From the NCBI GenBank assembly GCA_965223905.1, contig CBDCXV010000010.1, positions 1,152,001 through 1,216,000 on the forward strand: DNA of 64,000 nt, read 5' to 3'. Below, piece after piece: positions 17,491 to 26,771 of the stretch. Position 1 is the first letter of the stretch, and each line of letters begins with the position of its first letter. This DNA is from Candidatus Latescibacterota bacterium (GTDB lineage: Bacteria; Latescibacterota; UBA2968; UBA8231). The notes beneath the pieces are model-generated. The model had not been told where the DNA came from. It did no database searches and worked only from the letters and a program-made list of their open reading frames with translations. Position numbers and translations under genes: made by a program.

Positions 17491-19683
17491 TTACCCCAAC
17501 CCCAGCCACAGGCCGCCGCGGTAGGTCGCGAGAGCCCCGAGGTATGCCAGCAGGGTCATGTAGGCGAAGGTCAGCAGCGGCCACTTCCAGGATCCGGACT
17601 CCCGCTTTATCACCGCCAGCGTCGACATGCATTGGGCGCAGAGCGCGAAGAAGACCATGATCGACAGGGCGACGGAGATACCGATAGCCGGACTCCCGTC
17701 GGCGCGCCTGGCCGCTTGCAGGGCATGGCTCAGGTCTTCGGAGGTTTCGTCCTGATCCCCTCCGAGGCTGTAGATCGTTCCCAGCACCGACACGATCACC
17801 TCGCGCGCCGGGAAGGAGGCCAGGGTCGCCATGCCTATGCGCCAGTCCCACCCCAGGGGGGCGACGACCGGCTCGACGAACTGGCCCGCCTGGCCGAGAT
17901 AGCTGACTTCCAGCAGGTGGGCGGCCTGGCGGCGTTCGATATCCTGGATCTCCTGGGCCGCGGTCGCGCCCAGGCGCTCCCTCTCGTACTGCTGCACGAC
18001 CTCGCCGGGCCGCGGGAAATAGGCAAGCGCCCACATGACGATGGTGGTCGCGAGGATGATGCTGCCGGCGCGCAGGACGAAAGCCTTGCTGCTGTGGTAG
18101 ACCCGCAGGGCGACGGTGCGCGGCGCCGGCAATTTGTACGACGGCATCTCGAGCAGAAAGGGGGGCGGATCCCCCTTCAGCAAGGTCCCCTTGAGCAGCC
18201 AGGCGACCGGGACGGCGACCGCGGCCCCGACGCAGTACATGGCGAACAGGGTCAGTCCCTGCAGGCCGATCCAGCTGCCGAGGAGGGCGCGGTCCGGGAT
18301 GAAGGCGCCGATGAAGAGGACGTAAACCGGCAGCCGTGCCGAGCAGCTCATCAGCGGCGCCACCATCATCGTCGTCAGGCGATCGCGCCGGTCCTCCACG
18401 GTGCGCGTCGCCATCACTCCGGGAACGGCGCAGGCAAAGCTGGAAAGCAGCGGCAGGAACGACTTTCCCGACAGCCCGCAGCGGCTCAGCAGCCGGTCCA
18501 TCAGCAGGGCGGCGCGCGCCATGTAGCCGCAATCCTCGAGCACGGAGATGAACAGGAACAGGATGGCGATCTGTGGCAGAAAGATCACCACGCCGCCGAC
18601 TCCGGCTACGACCCCGTCGACAATCAGGCTGTGAAGCGGGCCGGGGGCCATCGCCGCGGAGATGGCGGCGCCCAGGCCCGAGAACAGCGTGTCGATGGCG
18701 TCCATGACCGGCACCGCCCAGGCGAAGATCGCCTGGAACACGAGCGCACTGAGGAGGGCGAACACCGCCACGCCGGCGACCCGGTGCATGAGGACGCGGT
18801 CGATTCTGTCGGAACGGCTCGGGAGCAACCGTCCCCCCTGAATCACCGAGTCCTCGAGTACCCGCTCGATCCATGCATAGCGGACCTCGGTCTCGAGCGC
18901 GGCGAGCGGGCCCGCGGAGCCGACCTCGCCTCTCATTCGTTCCAGACGGGTGTTGATGCCTCCTCCCAGTGAGGCGCCGAGGCGCTGTTCGATGACCCCG
19001 CCCGCGTCGACGAGGGCGCGAAACGCCTCGACCCGGGACAGGGAGCGCTCGCGGCCACCCGCGGCCACGGGGAGCCCCGCGAGCGCCTGTGCCTGCTCGC
19101 TCAGGAGCTCGGGGAACTCCGGCAGGTTCGGGTGCGGTTGCTCCGCGGTGTTCAGAACCGCCTCCAGGGCCTGTTTCAGGGCCCGCAAGCCCTGGCGCCG
19201 CCTCGCGGAGATCGGAACGACCGGCACCCCGAGGCGGGCGGACAGGACACTGGCGTTGACCTCGACGCCGCGGCGCCGGGCGATGTCGGTCATGTTGAGG
19301 GCGATGACGATCGGAGTGCCGACCTCGAGCAGCTGCGAGACCAGGTAGAGATTGCGGCGCAGGTTGCTGGCGTCGACGATGGCGAGAACGAGATCGACCT
19401 CGGGAGCGCCGGCCTGCTGGCCGAGAAGGAGGTCGACGGCGATGAGCTGGTCCGGGGCGTGAGCGGCGAGGCTGTAGGTTCCCGGCAGATCGATCAATTC
19501 CGCGGTGGCCCCCCCGCTCAACGAGAGGGTGCCGCTCATGTGCTCGACGGTCACACCAGGGTAGTTGCCGACGTGCTGCGAGAGCCCGGTGAGGGCGTTG
19601 AACAGGGTGGTCTTGCCGGTGTTGGGGTTGCCGATCAGGGCGATCGAGGGCGCCGGCCCGCCCCCGGGTGATGCTGCGGTCAT
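17491..19683 (-). CDS. feoB: Ferrous iron transporter B
   Basis: GNPNTGKTTLFNALTG, VGNYPGVTVE, DLPGTYSL, LEDCGYMARAA, FACAVPG.MATR, SCSARLPVY. Confidence 0.97.
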   Translation of the reverse strand: MTAASPGGGPAPSIALIGNPNTGKTTLFNALTGLSQHVGNYPGVTVEHMSGTLSLSGGATAELIDLPGTYSLAAHAPDQLIAVDLLLGQQAGAPEVDLVLAIVDASNLRRNLYLVSQLLEVGTPIVIALNMTDIARRRGVEVNASVLSARLGVPVVPISARRRQGLRALKQALEAVLNTAEQPHPNLPEFPELLSEQAQALAGLPVAAGGRERSLSRVEAFRALVDAGGVIEQRLGASLGGGINTRLERMRGEVGSAGPLAALETEVRYAWIERVLEDSVIQGGRLLPSRSDRIDRVLMHRVAGVAVFALLSALVFQAIFAWAVPVMDAIDTLFSGLGAAISAAMAPGPLHSLIVDGVVAGVGGVVIFLPQIAILFLFISVLEDCGYMARAALLMDRLLSRCGLSGKSFLPLLSSFACAVPGVMATRTVEDRRDRLTTMMVAPLMSCSARLPVYVLFIGAFIPDRALLGSWIGLQGLTLFAMYCVGAAVAVPVAWLLKGTLLKGDPPPFLLEMPSYKLPAPRTVALRVYHSSKAFVLRAGSIILATTIVMWALAYFPRPGEVVQQYERERLGATAAQEIQDIERRQAAHLLEVSYLGQAGQFVEPVVAPLGWDWRIGMATLASFPAREVIVSVLGTIYSLGGDQDETSEDLSHALQAARRADGSPAIGISVALSIMVFFALCAQCMSTLAVIKRESGSWKWPLLTFAYMTLLAYLGALATYRGGLWLGLG

Positions 19684-19713
19684 TCCTGATTGCCGCGCGG
19701 TGGCCGGGTATAG

Positions 19714-20019
19714 CTACGTCGCCGCGGGATGGGCGGGCCTGCTCGAGGAAACCGCCCGGTCCAGGGTGCGCACGCGAATGGCGGAGGCGTCTTTCCGGCG
19801 CATGGCGACGCGCCCTTCTCCTACCTGAAGGACGATGCGGCTGCCGCTTCGAATGACGCGAACGCGCACTCCGGGAACCAGACCGATTTCGCGGAGCCGC
19901 GTCTCGACCGAGGTATTGCAGGGGGCTTCGACCACCTCGGCTTCGGCATGAAGACCGCATTCCGACAGATTGGTGATCCCCGCGTCCTGCCCGTTTCGGG
20001 AGCTTCCGTTTACGTTCAT
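19714..20019 (-). CDS. feoA: Ferrous iron transport protein A
   Basis: RLREIGLVPGVRVRV...VALR-like FeoA SH3 pattern; directly upstream of feoB. Confidence 0.88.
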   Translation of the reverse strand: MNVNGSSRNGQDAGITNLSECGLHAEAEVVEAPCNTSVETRLREIGLVPGVRVRVIRSGSRIVLQVGEGRVAMRRKDASAIRVRTLDRAVSSSRPAHPAAT

Positions 20020-20052
20020 TCCATTCCTGTCGTTTCCAACCGGTGACCTGCC

Positions 20053-20107
20053 GTATGTGTGACAAACAATCTGTTTGATATGGCAAACAAATGATTGCTA
20101 TGCCTAA
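20053..20107. promoter_or_regulatory. Three tandem DtxR/TroR-like operator sites upstream of feoA
   Basis: 14-mers at 20053, 20074 and 20094 (GTATGTGTGACAAA, TTTGATATGGCAAA, ATTGCTATGCCTAA). The central one lies in a TGTTTG-N6-CAAACA palindrome. Confidence 0.6.
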
Positions 20108-20135
20108 TATAGGGGTCCCGCTCGGCGCTAGTCAA
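20106..20135 (-). promoter_or_regulatory. Sigma70-type promoter of feoAB
   Basis: TTGACT (20135-20130)-N18-TATATT (20111-20106) on the minus strand. Confidence 0.65.
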
Positions 20136-20300
20136 CCGCCTTTTTGCGGTTGTGATCCGCTGGATTTGCGCGCCTGAGCGCGCCAGTCTTAATCGCCGGG
20201 CAGGGCCCGGAACCACCTGTTCACGCATGGGCAAAAGGACGGAGGATGGATTGTCGGAAGCCGAACAGGAGCCGGGCTCCCCTTCGGGTCGAACGGCGCT

Positions 20301-21584
20301 TCAAAGGGTGGGGGGGATCTCCTTGCCCTGGGGGTCGAGCGCCCGCTCGGCCACCTGCCGGTCGATCTCGCGTTCCAGGCGCTCGTCGATGTAGTGCTCG
20401 AGGATGTCGGCCGGATCGTGCACGTGGTCGGGCCTGATCCCCAGCTCGTTGAGATAGGTCTCCCACAGCCGGTGGCCGCGCAGCAGCCGCAGCCCCTGGC
20501 TGCGGCCAAGTTCGGTCAGGCGCAGCCCGGTCGCCGTCTGCTGGAGCAGGGCGCGGCGGCGCAGGCGGCGCAGGGCGAGGCGGGCAAGCAGGGTATTGAC
20601 CGATGCCTCACCGCGCAGCTGCCGGGCGGGCCAGCGCCGGTTCTCGTCGACCTCGGCAGCCCGCACCATCGAGAGCAACAGGTGGTCCTGGGCGATACTG
20701 ACCGACAGCCGGCACCGCTGCCAGAGGCGCGCCAACAGTCCCTGCCGCGGCGCGAGGAACACCGACAAGGCGAAGGCCGCGCCGAGGAGCACCACGATGG
20801 CACCGGCGATCGAGCTGTTCCAGATGCCGGCCGCGTAGTAGCCGCCCACGGCCGCGGCGATCCCGAACAGCACCGCAACTGCCAGCACGACCGGCAGGCG
20901 GTCGCTCCACAGGCAGGCCGCGGCGCCGGGAACGATCAGCAGGGCGACCACGAGAATGGCGCCTACGGACTCGAAGCTCGCCACGGTGGTCACCGACACC
21001 GCCCCCATCAGCAGGTAGTGGACGAGGGTGGCGTTGATGCCGACCGACAGGGCCATGGCCGGATCGAACGAGGCGATCACCAGTTCCTTGTACAGAAATC
21101 CGACGAACAGCAGGTTGAGGAGGAGGACCGAGCCGAGGATCCAGACGGGTCGCGGACCGAGATCGGTATCCCCCCAGACCAAGGTGTCCCAGGGGGTGTA
21201 GGCGATCTCTCCGTAGAGGACGCACTCCTGGTCGAGATCGACCTGCCCGGCATACGCGGAGATCAACACCACGCCGAAGGCGAACAGGGAGGTGAAGACG
21301 ATGCCGATCGAGGCGTCCTCCGGGACCTGCCAGCGGCGGTGGAAGACTTCGACGAGCAGGGTGGTGACCAGCCCGAAGGCCGCGGCGCCGGCGAACATCG
21401 GCAGGATGGCGCGGCTCCCGGAGAAAAGGAAGGCGATGGCGATCCCGGGAAGCACCGCGTGGCTCAGGGCATCGCCGAGCAGCGACATCCGGCGCAGCAC
21501 CAGGAAGGTGCCGACTAAGGCGCAGGAAGCCGCGGCGAGCGCCGCGGTCAGCAGAATGGACCACTCCCCCTGGACCGCGGTCAC
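20301..21584 (-). CDS. Mn/Zn/Fe ABC-3 permease (TroD/MntD-like) fused to a C-terminal DtxR-like domain
   Basis: LGDALSHAVLPG, SFD, FESVGAILVVA, followed by LTELG..HRLWETYL..DHVHDPA..LEH..DPQGKEIP. GTG start overlaps the upstream TGA. Confidence 0.9.
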   Translation of the reverse strand: MTAVQGEWSILLTAALAAASCALVGTFLVLRRMSLLGDALSHAVLPGIAIAFLFSGSRAILPMFAGAAAFGLVTTLLVEVFHRRWQVPEDASIGIVFTSLFAFGVVLISAYAGQVDLDQECVLYGEIAYTPWDTLVWGDTDLGPRPVWILGSVLLLNLLFVGFLYKELVIASFDPAMALSVGINATLVHYLLMGAVSVTTVASFESVGAILVVALLIVPGAAACLWSDRLPVVLAVAVLFGIAAAVGGYYAAGIWNSSIAGAIVVLLGAAFALSVFLAPRQGLLARLWQRCRLSVSIAQDHLLLSMVRAAEVDENRRWPARQLRGEASVNTLLARLALRRLRRRALLQQTATGLRLTELGRSQGLRLLRGHRLWETYLNELGIRPDHVHDPADILEHYIDERLEREIDRQVAERALDPQGKEIPPTL

Positions 21585-22915
21585 AAGGCCGCCCTCCCTT
21601 CGTCGCCGGCTCCGTAGCCGCTTCCGGTCTCGTGGATGTTGATCACCCTGGCCGGATCGAGTCCGTGATCGCGCTGCAGGATCTCCTCGAGACGGGCGAT
21701 GATTTCGGGCGTCAGCAGGTGCTCGACCTCGTCGGCAGGCCGGTCGACGTGGTCGGCGGCGAGGATGTCGCGGTAGACGAGGAAATGTTCCCACAGGCGG
21801 TGCGACTTGACGACGAAGGTCGCCTCGGACATCCCCGCCCCTGTCAGCGCGATGCCGTCGTTTTTCACCTCGGCGAGGCCGGCGCGCGCCAGGCGCTTCG
21901 CCTCCGTCTCCGCCCGTCCCGCATCCGAGCCCAACTCCGCTGCGACCTCGCCGATGGAAAACCGCTGCCTCCCGGGATGCCCCTCGAGCAGCTCGACCAC
22001 TGCCCGCAGGATATGGTGACGCCGCTCGCGGCGCTCGTTGGCGCGTCGCCGGCGCAGACGCGCCAAAATGCCGCGCCGGGGTCCGAAGAGGACGGACAAC
22101 AGGAAGAATCCGGTCGCCACCATGACCATCACCGGCCCTGTCGGCAGGCGCGGGGCCATGGCGCTCAGGGAGGTCCCGACAATGCCCGACAGGCCGCCGA
22201 AGAGCGCCGCAAGCAGCACCATGCGGTGCAGGCGCTCGGTCCAGAAACGGGCCGCCATGGCCGGGGTGATCAGCATGGCGGCGATCAGCACCACTCCGAC
22301 CGCCTGCAGCCCGACCATGACCGTCATCACGATCAGGCCCATCAGCGCCATGTCGATGGCCCGCACCGGGAACCCAAGGGACTGCAGGAAGCCCGGGTCG
22401 AAGATCAGGGCCTTGAACTCCTTGTAGAGCAACAGGAGGACGGCGATGATGGCGAGGCTCATCGCCGCCATGACGAGGATGTCCTCCTCGACGATGGCCG
22501 CGGCCTGGCCGAACAGGAACTTGTCGAGGCCGCTCTGGTTGCCGACGCCGCTGCGCTGGATGTGGGTGAGAAGGACGATGCCCCCCCCGAAAAAGACCGA
22601 GAGCACGATGCCGATGGCGGAATCGGCCTTGAGGCGCGTGTGGTGGACGACGAACTGGATGACCAGCATGCCGGCGACCCCGGTGGCGGTGGCGCCTGCG
22701 ATCAGCACCGGCAGCGACTTGCTGCCGGTCATCATGAAGGCGAGGGCGACCCCGGGAAGAGCCGCGTGTGCCAGGGCGTCACCCATCAGGCTGCGGCGCC
22801 GGAGGACGGCGAACGTCCCCAGCATGCCGCCGGTTGCGCCGATGAGAAGGGAGCCGGCGAGGACGAAACGCACGTTGGCGTCGGTCAGCGAGAGGACTTC
22901 CCAGAGGCCCGTCAT
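21581..22915 (-). CDS. Mn/Zn/Fe ABC-3 permease (TroC/MntC-like) fused to a C-terminal DtxR-like domain
   Basis: MGDALAHAALPG, FLFGQAA, GLQAVGVVLIAAMLITP, PTGP, followed by a wHTH and LTGAG..SHRLWEHFL..DHVDRPADEVEHLL. Confidence 0.9.
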   Translation of the reverse strand: MTGLWEVLSLTDANVRFVLAGSLLIGATGGMLGTFAVLRRRSLMGDALAHAALPGVALAFMMTGSKSLPVLIAGATATGVAGMLVIQFVVHHTRLKADSAIGIVLSVFFGGGIVLLTHIQRSGVGNQSGLDKFLFGQAAAIVEEDILVMAAMSLAIIAVLLLLYKEFKALIFDPGFLQSLGFPVRAIDMALMGLIVMTVMVGLQAVGVVLIAAMLITPAMAARFWTERLHRMVLLAALFGGLSGIVGTSLSAMAPRLPTGPVMVMVATGFFLLSVLFGPRRGILARLRRRRANERRERRHHILRAVVELLEGHPGRQRFSIGEVAAELGSDAGRAETEAKRLARAGLAEVKNDGIALTGAGMSEATFVVKSHRLWEHFLVYRDILAADHVDRPADEVEHLLTPEIIARLEEILQRDHGLDPARVINIHETGSGYGAGDEGRAAL

Positions 22916-22924
22916 CGCCCCGGA

Positions 22925-23734
22925 TCACCCGCGGTAGTCCTGGACCGCCTCGGCGGCCTGCGACAGCACCGTGAGGCGGCCGCCGTAGGTCTTGTGGAGG
23001 TTCTCTTCGGAGAACACCTCCGCCGTGGGTCCGCTGGCGACGACGCGCATGTTGAGCATGATGACCCAGTCGAAGTAGCGGGTCACGGTCTGCAGGTCGT
23101 GATGCACGCAGAGAATCGTCCTGCCGAGAGCGCGCAGCTCCATCAGGATGTCGATGATCGCCTGTTCCGTGGTCGCGTCGACCCCGGCGAACGGCTCGTC
23201 CATCAGGTAGATGCGGGTGTCCTGCGCCAAGGCACGCGCCAGGAAGACGCGCTGCTGCTGGCCGCCGGACAGCTGGCTGATCTGGCGGCCGGCGAAATCC
23301 CCCATGCCGACCTTGTCGAGCGCCTCCTCGGCGGCGCGGCGGTCCTCCCTGCGCGGCCTGCGCATCCACCCCAGGCGGCCGTAGCGTCCCATGGTCACCA
23401 CCTCCAGCGCACTGATCGGGAAGTCCCAGTCGACGGACTCCCGCTGCGGCACGTACCCGACCGACCTGCGCATGCGCTCGTACGGCTTGCCGTAGATGCG
23501 CACCCAGCCCGAGGCCTTGGGAAGCAGGTCCATGATCGCCGTGATCATCGTGCTCTTGCCGGCTCCGTTTGGGCCGATGATGCCGACCAGCTGGCCTTCG
23601 GGCACGTCGAGGTCGACGTCCCAGAGCACCGGCTTGCGGTGGTAGGCGATCGTCATGTCGTGTATCTGGATCGGGATCTCGCTCGGATCGACCCCGTCCA
23701 GCAGCCGGACCGCGGGGTTGCGCGGGGTCGTCAC
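22925..23734 (-). CDS. Mn/Zn/Fe ABC transporter ATP-binding protein (TroB/MntB-like)
   Basis: GPNGAGKST, YVPQRESVDWDFP, LSGGQQQRVFLARALAQ, MDEPFAGVD, VHHDL. Confidence 0.95.
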   Translation of the reverse strand: MTTPRNPAVRLLDGVDPSEIPIQIHDMTIAYHRKPVLWDVDLDVPEGQLVGIIGPNGAGKSTMITAIMDLLPKASGWVRIYGKPYERMRRSVGYVPQRESVDWDFPISALEVVTMGRYGRLGWMRRPRREDRRAAEEALDKVGMGDFAGRQISQLSGGQQQRVFLARALAQDTRIYLMDEPFAGVDATTEQAIIDILMELRALGRTILCVHHDLQTVTRYFDWVIMLNMRVVASGPTAEVFSEENLHKTYGGRLTVLSQAAEAVQDYRG

Positions 23735-24708
23735 TTCAGCGCCTCGACGATGGTGTCGACGTTGGAGCGCACCATCCCGGCGTAGGTGTCCGCCCCGCTG
23801 CCGGCCGCCCCCATGGCGTCGGAATAAAGGGTGCCGCCGATGACGACCTCGTGGCCGCGGGCGAGACAGCCTGCGCGCACGGCGTTGATCGAGCGCTCAG
23901 GCACGCTGCTTTCGACGAAGATCGCCGGTACGCCGCGGGCGACGATGAGGTCGACGAGGTTGCGCACGTCGGCGACTCCGTACTCGGCAACGGTCGAGAT
24001 CCCCTGCAGGCCGACGACCTTGATTCCGTAGGCGCGGCCGAAGTAGCCGAAGGCGTCGTGGGCGGTGACCAGCACCCGCCGTTCCGCCGGGACCTGCTGC
24101 AGGCGCTCGCGAACCCAGTCATCGAGCTCGGCCAGCTCCGAGCCGTACCTCGCCCCGTTGGCCTCGAAAAGGGAGGCTCCCCCGGGGTCCGCTTTCGCCA
24201 GGGTGGCGGCGACGACGCTGATCGCCGAGCGCCACATGTCGACGTCGAACCAGATGTGGGGGTCGTAGTTGCCCTCGAACTCCGCGGGTTTGCGAAGCTG
24301 CTCTTCGGGAACGGCGCTCGAGACGGCGACCACCGTCCCGGAGCGGGCCATCTTGCGGAAGATCTGGTCGAGCTTGCCCTCGAGGAAGAGCCCGTTGTAG
24401 AAGATGACGCGGGCGGCGGCAAGGTGTTCGAGATCCCCCCGGGTGGCCTTGTAGTAGTGGGGATCGACGCCGGGCCCCATCAGGCCGGTCACCTCGACCC
24501 GGGAGCCGCCGACTTCGGCGACCATGTCGGCGATCATACCGGTGGTCGCAACCACCTTGAGGCCGCCCGGGCGGGACTGGCCGGTTTCGACCCGGGGATC
24601 GGTGCACCCGGCCATGTAGGCCGCGGCGATGACGACAGCGACGATTCCCGCCATCATCCTGGAAGGGTTGCGTTCCCATTTTTTCCAGTGGGATGCGAAT
24701 GAAAGCAT
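23731..24708 (-). CDS. Mn/Zn/Fe ABC substrate-binding lipoprotein (TroA/MntA-like)
   Basis: Lipobox MAGC, GPGVDPH, DPHIWFDV, TAHDAFGYFG, IFVESSV, LYSDAMG. The true start may be a downstream Met. Confidence 0.93.
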   Translation of the reverse strand: MLSFASHWKKWERNPSRMMAGIVAVVIAAAYMAGCTDPRVETGQSRPGGLKVVATTGMIADMVAEVGGSRVEVTGLMGPGVDPHYYKATRGDLEHLAAARVIFYNGLFLEGKLDQIFRKMARSGTVVAVSSAVPEEQLRKPAEFEGNYDPHIWFDVDMWRSAISVVAATLAKADPGGASLFEANGARYGSELAELDDWVRERLQQVPAERRVLVTAHDAFGYFGRAYGIKVVGLQGISTVAEYGVADVRNLVDLIVARGVPAIFVESSVPERSINAVRAGCLARGHEVVIGGTLYSDAMGAAGSGADTYAGMVRSNVDTIVEALK

Positions 24709-24714
24709 GACGAC

Positions 24715-24743
24715 AATTTAGTCTTGGCTAAATTTAAAGTCAA
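24715..24743 (-). promoter_or_regulatory. tro operon promoter overlapped by a DtxR/MntR-type operator
   Basis: TTGACT (24743-24738)-N17-TAAATT (24720-24715); palindrome AATTTAG-TCTTGG-CTAAATT at 24715-24734. Confidence 0.8.
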
Positions 24744-24981
24744 TGACCAGCTAGTGGCCTCCCCCGCATGATGGAATTTCCGCAATTCAAAAGGGAGGGA
24801 AGGCGTGGCGGATCGATCCGGGCATGCCAGGCGGGAAGGGGGGCGCGAACTGGTTTCCGGAGGGTCTGGTTTTCCGGTGCCGTGTCCCTGCCGTGCCGGG
24901 TTCCCTCGCCGCGCCTATCTTGCGAGCGGTGGTTCCGGAATAGAGAACAGGCTGCCGAGGCCGTTACCAGGAGAGGACAGG

Positions 24982-25875
24982 ATGAACCGAGTTCTTGCGA
25001 CCGCTGCGGCCCTGGCGGCGACCTTGTCGCCCGCTGCGGCTGAGGATTTCTACGCCCACTGGGGAGACGGACGCGCCGAGCTCTCGAGTTACCGCATCGA
25101 GCAGCCCCGCTACGGGGAGTCGAGAGAGGCGTACGGGGTGCTGATCTTCGTCACCGAAGACCTGCACGCCGGCACCGGGATCAAGGTGGAGTCTCCGGCT
25201 CCCGCGGCCGACCGCGTATACGTCCTCAAGCTCAACAACGTGCTGAAGTTCACGACCGGTATCTACGACTACTCGGTGATGACGTCGGTATTCAGCGCCG
25301 TGGAGCCGCGTACCGGGGCGGAGCCGTTCGAGCTGTGGAAGGTCAGCCTGAGCTCGCAGGAGTGGTGCGGGCACGTGTTCGAGGAAGTGCGCGTCGCACC
25401 GGATTCCCTGCGGGGGGACCTCAACAGCTACTTCGAGCGCGAGGGCCGCCAGCAGTGGAGCCTGCAAACGCCGGCGGATTTCGGAAGCGAGGACAACCTG
25501 CTGATCCGCATCCGCGAGCTGAAGGGGGAGTGGATGAAGACCGGGGAGGCGCGCCAGCTCCGGCTGCTGCCGGGTCTGTGGAAGGTCCGGGCGCGCGAGG
25601 CGCCGCGAGAGCTGGTGCACGCCACCCTGACCAAGGGCGCAGTCGAGGAGATCGAGGCAGGCGGGATTCCTGCGGCCGCGGTGCGCTGGACCTGGGGGTA
25701 CGGCCACGGGCAGACGGTGGTCTGGGTCGAGCAGGCCGCCCCCCGCCGCATACTGGCGTGGCGGGACTCGGGCGGCAGCTCGGGGCAGCTGATGCGCACC
25801 CTCCGCGTCCCCTACTGGGAGCTGCAAAGCAACGGCGACGAGACCTACCGCGAGCAGCTGGGGATTCCGAAGTAG
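24982..25875 (+). CDS. Conserved secreted hypothetical protein
   Basis: AGGA RBS, signal peptide (..SPAAA/ED), motifs W.DG.AE.SSY...Q.RYGE, IFVTED, VLKLN, F.TGIY.YS.M.S.F, SQEWCGH, SYFE, R.PYW. Confidence 0.75.
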   Translation: MNRVLATAAALAATLSPAAAEDFYAHWGDGRAELSSYRIEQPRYGESREAYGVLIFVTEDLHAGTGIKVESPAPAADRVYVLKLNNVLKFTTGIYDYSVMTSVFSAVEPRTGAEPFELWKVSLSSQEWCGHVFEEVRVAPDSLRGDLNSYFEREGRQQWSLQTPADFGSEDNLLIRIRELKGEWMKTGEARQLRLLPGLWKVRAREAPRELVHATLTKGAVEEIEAGGIPAAAVRWTWGYGHGQTVVWVEQAAPRRILAWRDSGGSSGQLMRTLRVPYWELQSNGDETYREQLGIPK

Positions 25876-25978
25876 CAGGCCCGGTTTCCGCAGTCCCGGC
25901 TCAGATTGCCCGCCGCGGCCCCATGGGATAGGTTGGAGACCTTCCGCCTCTCATCCCGATCAACGGAGCCGCAAATCC

Positions 25979-26746
25979 ATGGCCGAAACGCCCGACCGCG
26001 ACCTGCTCGAGAAGCTCCGCAGGTTCGACACCCCCTCGATCACCAACGTCGTCGCCACCTACCCGAACAACCCGCTCTGCCTCGGCTTGTACCATCCCTG
26101 GACGGAGAACTGGTACACCGATCAGCGCATCCGCTGCATGTATCCCGAGCTGGGAGCGGTCGCCGGGTACGCGGTGACCTGCGTCTTCGGCATGCCCGAC
26201 CCCAACTTCAACCGCCTGTCGTTCATGGACGTGCTCGACGCCCTCGAGGCTTCGCGGCAACCGGCGATTCTCGCCTTCGAGCAGAAATTCCCGCGCCGGC
26301 TCGCCGGCAAGGTGGGGTTGGCCGGGGGCAACATGGTAACGGCGATGAAGGCGGTCGGCTGTATCGGGGCGATTTCCAACGGCCCCTCCCGCGACGTCGA
26401 GGAGATCCGGCCGATGGAGTTCCAGTACCTGCTGAGCGGGGTCACCCCCGGACACGGGGAGATGCAGCTCCACGCCGTCAACGTGCCGGTGTCGATCTCG
26501 GGGATGGACGTCAGCCCGGGGGAGATCATCCACATGGACGAGCACGGGGCCTGCAAATTTCCCGCCGAGCACCTGCGGGCGGTGCACGACAATGTCGCCA
26601 CCCTGCTCGCCGAGGAAGCGGAGCAGCAGGCGCGCATGCGGAAGGCGACGTCGGCGGCGGAGCTGCGCGCTATTTTCGCCGGTCACACCTACGGCGACCA
26701 GGACAGGGCCGGGAAGCGAAAAGCCGCGAAAAAGAAAAAGAAGTAG
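25979..26746 (+). CDS. RraA/HMG-aldolase family protein
   Basis: DTPSITN, VAGYAVT, G.N M....KAVG..G.ISNG..RDV.EI, GM.V.PG.IIHMDEHG. Confidence 0.85.
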   Translation: MAETPDRDLLEKLRRFDTPSITNVVATYPNNPLCLGLYHPWTENWYTDQRIRCMYPELGAVAGYAVTCVFGMPDPNFNRLSFMDVLDALEASRQPAILAFEQKFPRRLAGKVGLAGGNMVTAMKAVGCIGAISNGPSRDVEEIRPMEFQYLLSGVTPGHGEMQLHAVNVPVSISGMDVSPGEIIHMDEHGACKFPAEHLRAVHDNVATLLAEEAEQQARMRKATSAAELRAIFAGHTYGDQDRAGKRKAAKKKKK

Positions 26747-26771
26747 CGGGCAAGCGCTTCGCCCCACTGCC

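Noticed and set aside
17228-20086. 952-aa minus-strand ORF
   Set aside because: Alternative frame over feoA/feoB; Arg/Pro/Gly-rich composition typical of off-frame GC-rich DNA.
21632-23785. 717-aa plus-strand ORF, and similar long ORFs (12915-14618, 9015-10508, 17263-18972, 62976-63938)
   Set aside because: Antisense to well-supported genes; no recognisable domains.
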